64,000 nucleotides of DNA from Mobula hypostoma (Eukaryota), in NCBI RefSeq assembly GCF_963921235.1, contig NC_086097.1, positions 51,152,001 through 51,216,000 on the forward strand. Reading direction: 5' to 3'. This document shows, one piece after another, positions 1 to 12,801 of the stretch. Below the pieces are notes generated by a model. That model saw only the letters and a program-made list of their open reading frames with translations, made no database searches and was not told the DNA's origin. A program made the position numbers and the translations under genes. Numbering within the stretch: position 1 is the first letter of the stretch; the number at the start of each line of letters is the position of its first letter.

Positions 1-100
1 ATTAATTAGGACCTGAATTCCTCTTCATCATCTCCTGAAGCTGAAGAAACTCTTCACCTGGCTGTACATCAAAATGACCAGGACTGTGGCTTATCTAAAT

Positions 101-179
101 CAGCGGTTCCCAACCAGGGGTCTACAGACCCCTCAATTAATGCTAACGAAAAAGGCATAAAAAAGGTTGGGAACCCCTG
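101..179. mobile_element. ~80 bp hAT/Charlie-type MITE
   Basis: TIRs CAGCGGTTCCCAACC / GGTTGGGAACCCCTG; sister copy at 63018-63097. Confidence 0.75.
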
Positions 180-715
180 ATTCTCTTGTGGATTCCAACA
201 GTACTGATTATAAATGAGTCACCACTAATATAGAAGTTGAAGGCACTCTTCCCAAACTTTGGAACTTACGATTACAGTAAAACTATGCAAAAAGTCCGAA
301 AGAATTTTGAGAATTGAAGGTTTCATTCTGCTCAAAATATTACTTACAGCATGTATATTTTTCCCCTAGCTCTGCATACAAGACAATAAGCAACATTAAA
401 AACACTGGATGGCAAATTTCTTCCGAAAGTGTTGCTTCCTCTGAATTTTTTGTTTTGATAGACCGCTTGAAGCTGAACACAAATATAATTTCAGGTTACT
501 TGTATCACATAGGAATTTGGAGAAGCAAGAAATTAACTTCTATTGAATTGCATTGTTTTTAATTGCATACCAGTGCTGACGCTTTGCAATAGTTCAACTA
601 GCTAAAGACATTTTCTTGTTGATTTTCATTTGTGTTCAGTGTCTGAGGCTTCTCGCTTAAGTGTCCAACAATAATTAGTCAGCATTGATGGATTCTAGTT
701 GCCTTGATACTGTTA

Positions 716-3700
716 CTATATAACCATATAACAATTACAGCACAGAAACAGGCCATCTCGGCCCTTCTAGTCCGTGCCGAACACTTACTCTCAGCTAGTC
801 CCACCGACCTGCACTCAGCCCATAATCCTGCATTCCTTTCCTGTCCATATAGCTATCCAATTTTACTTCAAATGACAATATCGAACCTGCCTCTACTACT
901 TCTGCTGGAAGCTCATTCCACACAGCTACCACTCTCTGGGTAAAGAAGTTCCCCCTCATGTTACCCCTAAACTTTTGCCCCTAATTCTCAACTCATATCT
1001 TCTTGTTTGAATCTCCCCTACTCTTAATGGAAAAAGCCTATCCATGTCAACTCTATCTATGCCCCTCATAATTTTAAATACCTCTATTAAATCCCCCTCA
1101 ACCTTCTACGCTCCAAAGAATAAAGACCCAAAGAATAAAGACCCAACTTGTTCAACCTTTCTCTGTAACTTAGGTGCTGAAACCCAGGTAACATTCTAGC
1201 AAATCTTCTCTGTACTCTCTTTATTTTGTTGATACACTTCCTATAATTCGGTGACCAGAACTGTACACAATACTCCAAATTTGGCCTTACCAATGCCTTA
1301 TACAATTTTAACATTAAATCCCAACTCCTATACTCAATGCTCTGATTTATAAAGGTCAGCATATCAAAAGCTTTCTTCACCAGCCTATCCACATGAGATT
1401 CCACCTTCAGGGAACTATGCACCATTATTCCTAGATCCCTCTGTTCTACTGCATTCTTCAATGCCCTACCATTTACCACGTGTGTCCTCTTTTGATTAGT
1501 CCTACCAAAATGTAGCACCTCACATTTATCAGCATTAAACTCCATCTGCTATCTTTCAGCCCACTCTTCTAAATGGCCTAAATCTCTCTGCAAGCTTTGA
1601 AAACCTACTTCATTATCCACAACTCTATCCATCTTAGTATCATCTGCATACTTACTAATCCAATTTACCACCCCATCATCCAGATCATTAATGTATATGA
1701 CAGTCAACATTGGACCCAGTACAGATCCCTAAGGCTCACCACTAGTCACCGGCCTCCAACCTGACGAACAGTTATCCACCACTACTCTCTGGCGTCTCCC
1801 ATCCAGACACTGCTGAATCTATTTTACTACTTCAATATTAGTACCTAACAATTGAACCTTCCTAACTAACCTTCCGCGTGGAACCTTGTCAAAGGCCTTA
1901 CTGAAGTCTATATAGACAACATCCACCGCTTTACCCTCATCAACTTTCCTAATAATCTCTTCAAAAAATTCAATAAGATTTGTCAAACACGACCTTCCAC
2001 ACACAAATCCATGTTGACTGTTCCTAATCAGACCCTGTCTATCCGGGTAATTATATATACCATCTCTAAAAATACTTTCCATCAATTTACCCACCACTGA
2101 CGTCAAACTCACAGGCCGATAATTGCTAGGTTTTCTCTTAGAACCCTTTTTAAACAATGGAACAACATGAGTAATACACCAATCCTCCGGCACCATCCCT
2201 GTTTCGAATGACATTATCCTGTCAGGACCTGGAGACTTATCCACTTTTATATTCCTTAAAAGCACCAGTACTTCCTCTTCTTTAATCATCATAGTTTCCA
2301 TAACTTCCCTACCTGTTTCCCTTACCTTACACAATTCAATATCCTTCTCCTTAGTGAATACCGAAGAAAAGAAACTGTACAATATCTCCCCCATCTCTTT
2401 TGGTTTCACTCATAGCTGTCCACTCTGATTCTCTAAGGGACCAATTTTATCCCTCACAATCCTTTTGCTATTAATATAACTGTAGAAACCCTTTGGATTT
2501 ATTTTCACCTTACTTGCCAAAGCAACCTCGTATCTTCTTTTAGCTTTTCCAATTTCTTTCTTAAGATTCTTTTTACATTCTTTATATTCCTTGAGCACCT
2601 CATTTACTCCATGTTGCCTATATTTTTGTAGATATCTCTCTTTTTCCAAACCAAGTTTCCAATATCCCTTGAAAAACATGGCTCTCTCAAACTTTTAACC
2701 TTTCCTTTCAACTCAACAGGAACATAAAGATTCTGTACCCTCAAAATTTCACTTTTAAATGACCTCCATTTCTCTATTATATCTTTCCCATAAAACAAAT
2801 TGTCCCAATCCACTCCTTCTAAATCCTTTCACATCTCCTCAAAGTTAGCCTTTCTCCAATCAAAAATCTCAACCCTGGGTCCAGACCTATCCTTCTCCAT
2901 AATTATATTGAAACTAATGGCATTGTGATCTCTGGACCCGAAGTGCTCCCCAACACATACCTCTGTCACCTAACCTACCTCATTCCCTAACAGGAGATCC
3001 AACACTTCCCCTTCTCTAGTTGGTACCTCTATGTATTGCTGCAAAAATCTATCCTGCACACGTTTTACAAACTCCAAACCATCCAGCCCTTTTACAGTGT
3101 GGGCTTCCCAGTCTATGTGTGGAAAATTAGAATCTCCCACAATCACAACCTTGTGCTTACTACAAATATCTGCTATCTCCTTACAAATTTGCTCCTCCAA
3201 TTCTCGCTCCCTATTTGGTCTAAAATACACCCCTATAAGTGTTACACCACCATTCCTCAATTCCATCCAAATAGCCTCCCTAGACAAGCCCTTTAATCTA
3301 TCCTTCCGGGGCACCACTGTAATATTTTCTGTGACAAGCAATACAACACCTCCCCCTCTTGTCCCTCTGATTCTATCACACCTGATGCAATGAAATCCAG
3401 GAATATTTAGTTGCCAATCACACCCCTCCTGCAACCATGTTTCACTAATAGCTACCACATCATACTTCCAGGTATCAATCCATTCTTTAAGCTCATCCAG
3501 CTTTCTTATAATGCTGCTAGCATTAAAATAAATGCATTTATGAAAATTTTTCACCTCTTACTCTGTTTATCACTAACGGTGCAAACAACTTTACTATTTT
3601 CTTTTTCTTCCTTCTCCCCTACATCTGTTTCTACACTCTGGTTCCCCTCCCCTCTTGTATCAAGTTTAAATCCACTGGAGCCTCTCTAGCAAACCTACCT

Positions 3701-4697
3701 GCAAGAATATTTGTCCCCTCCAGTTCAGATGTAAACCATCCCGCCGGAACAGGTACCACCTTCCCTGGAAAACTGCCCAATTATCTATAAATCTGAAGCC
3801 CTCCCTCCTGGACCATGTCTTCAGCCACGTGTTGATCTGCGCTATCTTACAATTTCTAAACCTGCCTGCACGTGGCACTGGTAGCAATCCTGGAGGTCCT
3901 GTCCTTTAACTTGGTGCCTAACTCCCTAAACTCACCTTTCAGGACCTCCTCATTCTTCCTACCCACGTCATTGGTAGGACCACGACATCTGGCTGCTCAC
4001 CCTCCCTCAAGAGTACTGAGAACTTGATCCGAGATATCACGGACCTTGGCACCAGGGAGGGATCTGGGATTCTCAATCTTTTCCACAGAACCTCTGATCT
4101 GTCCCCCTAACTATTGAATCCCCTATCACTACTGCTCTCCTCTTCTGAGCTAAGGGTCCCGCCTCGGTGCTAGAGACACAACCACTGCAACTTGTCCCTG
4201 GTAGGTCATCCCCATCAATAGTATCCAAAATGATATATTTATTATTGGTGGGAACAGCCACAGGGGGTGCTCTGCTCATTCTGTCTATTCCCATTCCCTC
4301 TCCTGACAGTCACCCAGCTACCTGTATCCTGACTCTTAAGGGTGACCATCTCCCTGTAACTCCTGTTTATTTCTGCCTCTGCCTCACAAATGATCTGAAG
4401 TTCATCTAGCTCCAGCTCCCTAACTCGGTTTGTCAGGAGCTGCAGCTGGATGCACCTTTTACAGGTGTAGTCATCAGGGATGATTGTGCTCATCCTGACT
4501 TCCCACATATTGCAAATGGAGCACTCAACTGCCCTAACTGTTGCCTCCATTACATACTCCTAAGGTAATTAAATTAATTAAAGGAACTTACCCGGCCTTA
4601 CCTCATTTGAAGTGAAGCTCGTCCTTCAGCCTCTGCTTGCCGAAGCCACTCGAGCCAAAGCCTTCCTACTCTGTCTTCCACTACTCCGTCGCCCGCT
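716..4697 (-). mobile_element. Near full-length CR1 LINE, inactivated: ORF1 (Cys finger plus SGNH esterase) and ORF2 (APE endonuclease plus RT)
   Basis: CSICNMWE...CKRC; VVIGDSIVRG...RRDGLHLN; VAISETWL, IVGDSNFP; NYRPVSLTSVVGK; LVRPNLEYCVQFWSP; many stops, frameshifts and an internal RT deletion near 2215. Confidence 0.93.
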
Positions 4698-4944
4698 ACA
4701 ACCATAATGTCCTGGTAAAACCTTTCACCATGCTTGTCACTGACAGTGTCAAGATTTGCAGGGAAAAAGTCTACTGCACATAGTTTGGTGTTCTGTAGTC
4801 GCCAAGAAAACTTTCAACATCCTTGAAAGCCTTCCAGGCAATTTTCTCTGGTCCTACTAGAAGTTCTTTGAATTACCTACCATTGATAACCCGTTTGATT
4901 TGTGGGCCAATAAAAACTCTTTCCTTAATTTTGACAATAAGCTA

Positions 4945-6708
4945 GCCAATAATATTAAAGAGGATCCCTAAAGTTTCTTCTGATACATAAAGTGTAAAAG
5001 AGGCAAGAGTGGATATCGGACTGCTGGAAAAGGTTGCTGGAGAGGACAATGAAATGGAGGATAAATTGATTAAGTACTTTGTGTTAGTCTTCACTAGCAG
5101 TATGGTGGAACTTCCAGGTGTCAGGATCATGAAGTGTGTGAAGTTACCATAACCAGAGAGGAGGTTCTTGGGAAACTGAAAGATCTGAAGGTAGATAAAT
5201 CACCTGCACAAGATGGTGTACATCCCAGGGTTCTGAAAGAGATGGTTGAAGAGGTATTAGTAATAATCTTTCAGGAATCACTAGATTCTAGCATGGTTCC
5301 AGGAGACTGGAAAATTGCAAATGCCACTCCACTCTTCAAGAAGGGAGAGAGGCAGAAGAAAGGTAAACTATATTGCAGTTAGTTTGACCTCACTGGTTGG
5401 GAAGATGTTGGAGTACATGGAGCATATGATGAAATAGGCTGTAGTCAACAGTTTCCTCAAGGGGAATTCTCTGAAGAAATAACAAGGAGGATAGAAAAAG
5501 GAGAATAGGTTGCTGTTGTATACTTAAGACTTTCAGAAGGCCTTTGACAAGGTGCCACACAAGGCTGCTTAATGAGCTACAAGCCCATGGTATTACAAGA
5601 AAGATTCTAGCATGGATAAAGCAGTGGCTGATTGGCAGGAGGCAAAGAATGGGACCAAAGGGAGCCTTTTCTGACTGGCTGCCAGTGACTAGTGATGTTC
5701 TACTTGGGTCTGTGCTGGGACGGATTCTTTTAACTTTATATGTCAATGATTTGGATAATGGAATTGATTGCTTTGTTGCAAAGTGTGCAAACAATATGAA
5801 ATAGTTGGAAGAGCAGGTAGTTTTGAGGAAGTAGAGAGGCTACAGAAGGACATAGCCAGATTAGGAGAATGGGCCTAGAAGTAACAGATGGAATACAGTA
5901 TTGGGAAGTGTATGGCCATACACTTTGGTAGAAGAAATGAAATAGTTGACTATTTTCTAAATAGAGAGAAAATACAACAAACTGAGGCGAAAGGGACTTG
6001 GGAGACCTTGTGCAGGATTCCCTTAAGGTTAACTTACAGGTTGAGCCAGTAGTAAGGAAGGCAAATGCAATGTTAATCATTTCAAGAGGATTAGAATATA
6101 AAAGCAAGAATATAATGTTGAAGCTTTATAAAGCACTTGTGAGGTCTCACTTGGAGTATCGTGAGCAGTTTGGGCTCACATATCTTGGAAAGGATATGCT
6201 GAAACTGGAGAGGGTTCAAAGGAGGTTCACAAAAATGATTCCAGGTTTGAACAGCTTGTCGTATGAAGAACATTTGATAACTCTGGGCCTGTTTTCACTA
6301 GAATTCAGAAGAATGAGGGGTGAACTCATTGAAACCTATCGAATGGTGAAAGGCCTTGATAGAGTGGATGTGGAGAGGATGTTTCCTATGGTGGGAGTGT
6401 CTAAGACCAGAGGATGCAGCCTCAGAATAGAGGGCATCCTTTTAGAAGGGAGATGAGGAAGAATTTCTTTAGGCAGAGAGTAGTGAATCTGTGGAATTCT
6501 TTGCCACAGGCAGTTGTGGAGGCCAAGTCTTTATGTATATTTAAGGCAGAGGGGGATAGAGTTTTGATTGGTCGGGACATGAAGTGATACGGGGAGAAGG
6601 CAGAAGATTGGGGCTGAGGGTAAATTGGATCAGCCATGATGAAATGGCCAAGCAGACTTGATGGGCTAAATGGCCTAATTCTGCTCTTGTGTCTTATGTT
6701 CTTATTCT
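4945..6708 (+). mobile_element. 5'-truncated CR1 LINE (RT to 3' end)
   Basis: ORF pieces 5134..5382, 5544..5804, 5998..6456 with CR1 RT motifs and CR1 3' tail. Confidence 0.9.
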
Positions 6709-8299
6709 GGGAAACATCCATCTCAAATATCAAAGTCCTTCACCTTCCTTGTTCATCACTTTCACAAAATTTTTCATAAGCCCCAGTTTTATATTTGATG
6801 GGTCTACAAGTGGCTTCTGTGCCACACTTTCTTGCCCTGGAACCAACTGCTTACCAAGTGGCCAATCCTTTTTAATATAATGAGGTTCTTCAACAACAGT
6901 ACTTGGTGTATCTGAGCTGCATTCCCAGTAGCAATGCTACTACTTTCACCATAGACGTTAGAGTTGTAGTTGCTGTACTCTATGTGTTTCAACGAGCCTC
7001 CCAAATTTCAGTAGTCTTCTTTCATGTGTACTACACAGCTAATTGGTACTGAAGGGAGGACATTGCCTTTGTGTAGCAGCACAACTTCTGGGCTGAACAC
7101 TGAAGAGTAAATAAAAAGATGTCATTGCTGTGGGTCATGCTGGCAACCCAAAGCAGTCAAAAACCCATGTCAGTGCAGAAACACATTATCTACCTGACCA
7201 AACAACTGTGTCAAATCTTCTTGGCGGCTGCAAAAGACAGAAATTTTTGTGCCTGTTGACAGCAGATTCCAACCTTGCAGTCTTGAACCCAGTAATTCTG
7301 CTTTTGACCTTGACAAACCCAAGTCTCTGACCATGTCATTTAACTCAGATTGTGTTACCAGATGAGGCTCACTTGACATAAACGGTTCAAAATCTGCATC
7401 AGTATCGTTTTCCATTCCTGGCTCGTGCATCATGGCATAATCGTCTGCCCCTCTATACTCCATGTCTCTGGTGGCTTTGGTATTGGAAGACTAACGTCAG
7501 GTGGCACAGGTCTCATGGCTGAAGGGAGATTGGGGTATGGATTTCTTGTTTTTAGCAGAGAAACCAGACACTGGTCAGACAGAAGGAGCAGTCTGTCACA
7601 TGATCCTTCTGCTCTTGCATTATTTTCTGAAGTTCACTGTCCCCAGCACTTCTGAGCCAAGCTCCAAGATTAACAGCGCATGTTGCACAACAAATGTGAG
7701 GATCCCTGGCTTTGTCTTGGTCACCAATTTTACACCCAAAGTAGAGTTCTAGGCTTTCTTAATAAGAGGAGTCATGCTGTCTTGAGATTTAAGCGTACGT
7801 TCACCACAAATATAACGAAGTACTGTGGATGTTGCAATACCGGCAAGACATTTTGCTATCACAAATACTCCAGGAAATACAATTACTTTATAAAAAGTAC
7901 ACACAATATGTTATGCACATCAATGTGATCACAAACTGATCACATTGTAAACAATGTGTAGAACGGTGTGTGAGTGATGCTTTTACAACCTTTGTAAATC
8001 CTGTCCTGCCATGCGGCATCCACTCTGCCTAAGCATGCCTGGGCAAGATAGAAAACTTTTCAGCTTACATTGTGGGCAATGTTTTAATTTACTTGAATTT
8101 TGAAATGAAATGACAAATACAGGCGATTTCAAAAGAACGGTGCATGATAGGGCAAGTTCATGGTCACTTTCATGACTGGCAGAATCTATCAAATACACCC
8201 AAAAATATTCAGGAAGCAAAATCTTTGTTGTCCAGTATAACTGACTCCTCCCCAAAACAGATGGAAAGTCCCAATTATAGAGAACGAACTGATGAATAA

Positions 8300-9195
8300 T
8301 ATTGAATCACATAAAAAGTTTATTGGAAATTTATGCAAGTTTATACATATTATTGCACTAAAGTAATTAATAAATACCAATCTTTATACTGCTGAATTGC
8401 TGAATTCACAAATGGAGTGAAATTTCAATGTTTTATAAAAAGCCGGGCATCTATGAAAATATTCTTGCTAAAGATCATAACTGTACAAAACATTATAATT
8501 TGTACAAAATACATCCTTTTATAAGTAAAAAGAGTTCAAATAAGCTTTAATGTATCCCTGATTTAATTGCAAGATATTTCTGAAATAACATGTGCCTAAT
8601 CAGTAAATAAAATGCTTGCTAAACAAGCCAAATAAAAGTGCCACATTACACCCAAACAACAAAATGTTCTCATGAATGCAACATGTGGAGCTAAAGTAAT
8701 AAAACAAAAAGGGGAAAAGAGCAGTGTAAATGCCAAACTAGTTTCATTTATAACTTTAAATGCATCATTATGATCATTACAATTGGTATGTAACAATGCC
8801 ATAATATCAATCATTGCTTTCACTGTTCAAAATAAAACCACTGTGTTTGGCTTCACCTGTAAACATATTGCTGTTCTCTTCTGAAGTTAGTGTTGGATGC
8901 TTTAGCTTATTTCATGAAACCCTCAACAATCCGTACTTAAAGCTATGCAGGCAGACCTTGATGTCTTTTATAAAAGTTGTTGCTGCTGGAGCAAATCACT
9001 GCACTTTAACATCAAGGTACAAAACCTGGAAAGAGATAAACCAACATATACAAAAACAATTTATACAGTTTTGTTTAATTGGTCAAATTGTTGAAATTTA
9101 GACGCAATCACCTCCAAACTGATGTTTCTTCATAGCAAATATGAAAGTTTTAGGAGTTAAAATAAAATTTTAATATTATTCACATACTTCCACTG
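8300..9195 (-). other. SAV1: Probable SAV1 3' UTR with candidate poly(A) signal AATAAA at 8324-8319
   Basis: AT-rich non-repetitive sequence after the stop; tttatt on + at 8319-8324; transposon sequence begins just beyond it. Confidence 0.6.
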
Positions 9196-9409
9196 TCAGA
9201 CATTTGCTGGAAAATTCTTGCCATGATGTTGTGCATACCACTGCTGTCTTTGCTTCCGATTTTCAAGCTCTGTTAAAAGGGCTTGTCTATATGCCTCATA
9301 AGATTTCACAATCCTTTCCAATTCCTTCATGAACAGCAGTTTCAGCAATCCCTGGTAAGTGTCCAAGTCTGCTAACTGGAAGAGTTCCCACTTTAGAATG
9401 TGATCGTAC
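9196..9409 (-). CDS. SAV1: SAV1 coding exon 5, SARAH domain and stop (YDHILKWELFQLADLDTYQGLLKLLFMKELERIVKSYEAYRQALLTELENRKQRQQWYAQHHGKNFPANV*)
   Basis: Hand translation; acceptor ttgtag; TGA at 9198-9196; the five exons sum to 1173 nt = 390 aa plus stop. Confidence 0.97.
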
Positions 9410-10659
9410 CTACAAAGATAGGAAAGACCAATGGAATTACATTTGATAAAAACCCTTCTGCTTCCAAGGAATATCTCTACTCAGCTGGATCTTGTACTCT
9501 ATTTGAATATATTGTATTGTAGATATGCGCAGCTTCTGGGTGGAGCGCAACTGAATTGATCAAACTATTATTTATTGTGCCTAGCATGTCTAGCACAATG
9601 AACACAAGGGAGTGCATTATATCTCAAGGTTACCAATAGACATGACATATGTTTGATAGGTACACAGACACACTGTCTTCCAGCTCCAGAACATTTTGTT
9701 TTTGAGAACAACTAAGCAGATGGAGAAGCTACTCAAATAAAACAAATTTCATTCAGATTAGCCACATATCTATTAAAATATTGAACAAGGGCTTCTGTAA
9801 AGCAAGATTTCTCTCCATTTAATTTAACCATTTCACTTTAAAAACACTATTCACTTATTACAGTATTGGGCACAGTTTTTAGTCCTTCCATTAAGCTAAA
9901 GCTTTTTATATGTACAGAAAACTTGGCTGTAATAAAGCTTTGCCTTAATGGAAGGAGGAAAATATCCTGTTTCATGCTGAAAGACTAATCACAAAACCAG
10001 CCAATCAGCCCATCCAGTCAATACCAATGATTAACCACTGACTGACATTAATCCCATCTTATTCTCAACTCCAATGTGGTCTTGGGAAAAATGAAAACTC
10101 TAAAGGCCAGAAATGAACCAGGATTAATGGAGCAGAGTTCAACTAATTGTTCCACTTTAAAATTGACTTACAAAAATACTCTGAAGTTAAATTATGGAAA
10201 CTCACTTGCTGATGTCTAAATCCTTTTCTACAACGCTCTGAATGTCCAGTTTACAAATAAATCCCACAGTAGTCAATGAGACAATTTCTCCACCCAATGT
10301 CATAATGCCTAATTTGCCTTGTGCTCCATCCAGCTGTTGCTAGGAAATGCAGGCTGCTACTCAAATTTGATGAACATAGTTACTTCAACAGTACTTCATA
10401 TGCAAATTTTACAACATCACATGCCCTAAACTTTCAATAACTTAGGGTAAAGACATGATTACTAAGGAGACCTTAGATGATTTTACACCAGCACCACTAT
10501 TCAATGAACAGCACGGATGTGGAACTCTGCTTGAAATCTACATATGTGAAGATATGCCTGGATGAGTAGAAATGGCTATGAGGGCCAAGAGCCGTTAAGT
10601 GGGACTACCCGAGATACCCCATTCTTTGCTGACGTTATGTACCTTTCTATGAATCATCT

Positions 10660-11478
10660 TCCCAGATAAGTGTGAGGTGGTTCATTTTAGTAGGTCAAAT
10701 ATGATGGCAGAATGTAGTATTAATGGTAAGACTCTTGGCAGCGTGGAGGACCAGAAGGATCTTAGGGTCCGAGACCATAGGACACTCAAAGCTGCTGCAC
10801 AGGTTGACTCTGTGGTTAAGGCGGCATACGATGCATTGGCCTTCATCAACTGTGGGATTGAGTTTAAGAGCCGAGGAATAATGTTGCAGCTATATAGGAG
10901 CCTGGTCAGACCCCACTTGGAGTACTCTGCTCATTTCTGGCACCTCACTACAGGAAGGATGTGGAAACCACAGAAAGGGTGCAGAGGAGATTTACAAGGA
11001 TGTTGCCTGGATTGAGGAGCATGCCTTATGAGAATAGGTTGAGCGAACTTGGCCTTTTCTCCTTGGAGCGACGGAGGATGAGAGGTGACTTGACAGAGGT
11101 GAACAAGATGAGAGGCATTGATTGTGTGGATAGTCAGAGGTTTTCTCCCAGGGCTGAAATGGCTAGCATGAGAGGGCGCAGTTTTAAGGTGCTTGGAAGT
11201 AGGTACAGAGGAGATGTCAGGGGTAAGTTGTTGTTGTTGTTGTTTTTCTTTAAATAAACGCAGAGTGGTGACAGCGTGAAATGGGCTGCGGGCGACGATG
11301 GTGGAGGCAGAAACGATAAGGTTTTTTTTAAAGAGACTCTTGGATAGGTACATGGAGCTTAGAAAAATAGAGGGCTATGGGTAACCCTAGGTACTTTCTA
11401 AGGTAAAGACATGTTTAGCACAGCTTTATGGGCAGAAGGGCCTGTATTATGCTGTAGGTTTTCTATGTTTCTATGTTT
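10660..11478 (+). mobile_element. CR1 3' fragment with (TTTCTATG)n tail
   Basis: [21 protein letters not shown]; octamer tail at 11460-11478. Confidence 0.9.
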
Positions 11479-12084
11479 TACAAGGCTGTTTAAGGGGATG
11501 ATATGAACATTCAGTCACAATGCTGCAATTTACCCCTTAAAATATAAAATTAGGCCTCAAAATAAAAATTCCACAATTTTAAACCCCGAACGTCTGCACC
11601 TATCCTGTGTATAAAATGGCTACAACATTTGGTGTTAATATCACAAAGCTCCAATGACCAGAATTGAATTGTGACCAGATACTGTAGTGTTTGTGTTTTC
11701 CTTGTCTGTGTAGGCTTCCCTTGGTGCTTCAGCTTCTTTTTGCATCCCAAATTAGTGTTGACTGGCAGGTTAGCTGAACAATTTAAACTATGGCCCTGGT
11801 GTAGTGGGTAGTGGGGAAGCCAGGGACAGGGCTATGGTATAGATTTTGGGAACACAAGACGGCAGGTTACAGGGAAATGGGGGGGGGGGGGAAAAAGAGG
11901 GCTGGGAGAGATGGCATAGATTTGATTGGCTGATTGGTCTCATTCTATGTCACAAGAAACGGAAATAATAATAGTATTATAATTCCATTAATCGTCATGA
12001 ACTTCTAACCTCTCATATGCCATCTGAAAAACTCAGCTGTTTTGGTCTCTGGCATATGACAAGAAGTGTCGTAAATGGACCAGG

Positions 12085-12505
12085 TACTTCTTACACCTCC
12101 CTCCCCTTTCTCGATCTCACGGCTATCTCTGGAGACAGCTTATCCACTGATGTCTATAATAGACATGCGGAGTCTGAACATTGATTTCTTGAACTTCTGG
12201 TAATGCCCCCCACCCCCATCTCCTTCACCATTTCCCATCCCCTTTTCTCCCTCCCACCTTATCTCCTTACCCACCCATCACCCCTTTTCTTTCTTCCATG
12301 GCCTTGTCTCTTTCATCAACTTCTCAGCTCTTTAGTTCAGGTTTCACCTACCACTTTGCGTTTCTCCATTCCCCTCCCCCCAACTTTTCAATCTACTCCT
12401 CAGCTTTATTCCGCACCCTCCCCCCAGTCCTGCCGAAGGGTCTTGGCCTGAAACGTCTTTTCCATAGATGCTGCCTGGCCTGCTGAGTTCTTCCAACATT
12501 GTGTT
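12085..12505 (+). mobile_element. Internally deleted Penelope-like (Neptune-type) remnant with decayed hammerhead core
   Basis: Similar to the 46.7-48.1 kb element; CTGCCGAAGGGTCTTGGCCTGAAACGTC at 12430-12457. Confidence 0.75.
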
Positions 12506-12674
12506 TATTCCAAATGAAAAACTTGCATATTATTCCAAGAGTTGTTAAAAAAAAGTTGTATTTTAATATTGCTACCCATGACCTCAGGAAATCTCAGTTT
12601 TATAGTCAATTACATACCTGCCCCAATTGTAGTATAATAATTTATTTTTTTTTAAAACGATCAATTGTGATTAG

Positions 12675-12801
12675 CAAACACAAGGAAATTTGCAGATGCT
12701 GGAAATTCAAGCAACACACACAAATGCTCAGCCCAAAACGTCGCTTGTACCTCTTCCTATAGATGCTGCCTGGCCTGCTATATTCCACCAGCATTTGTGG
12801 T
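12675..12801. mobile_element. Deleted fold-back Penelope-end element at the L1 5' junction
   Basis: Same sequence family as 53728-53954; flanked by AATTGTGATTAG (12663-12674) and AATTGCAATTAG (12802-12813). Confidence 0.75.

Larger units (their letters stand above)
403..8237 (-). mobile_element. Degraded TIR DNA transposon (tentatively Tc1/mariner-related m44/L31-type transposase), split into three pieces by two CR1 insertions
   Basis: Transposase remnants in colinear order on -: GDQDKARDPHICC (~7700), PHLVTQSELNDMVRDLGLSRSKAELLGSRLQGWNLL (7170-7463), KIKERVFIGPQIK...DFFPANLDTVSDKHGERFYQDI (4705-4935), YQGN.NPSMLTNYCWTLKRE (640-710); imperfect TIRs CACTGGA..CAAA...TTGCTTCCT...TTTGATAGA at both ends. 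Superfamily name is from memory. Confidence 0.75.

Noticed and set aside
1..400. 3' end of ATL1, expected next to SAV1 by mammalian synteny
   Set aside because: No atlastin coding sequence recognisable in the window
1112..1146. Tandem 15-bp duplication giving LGLYSLGLYSL
   Set aside because: Local slippage inside a dead CR1
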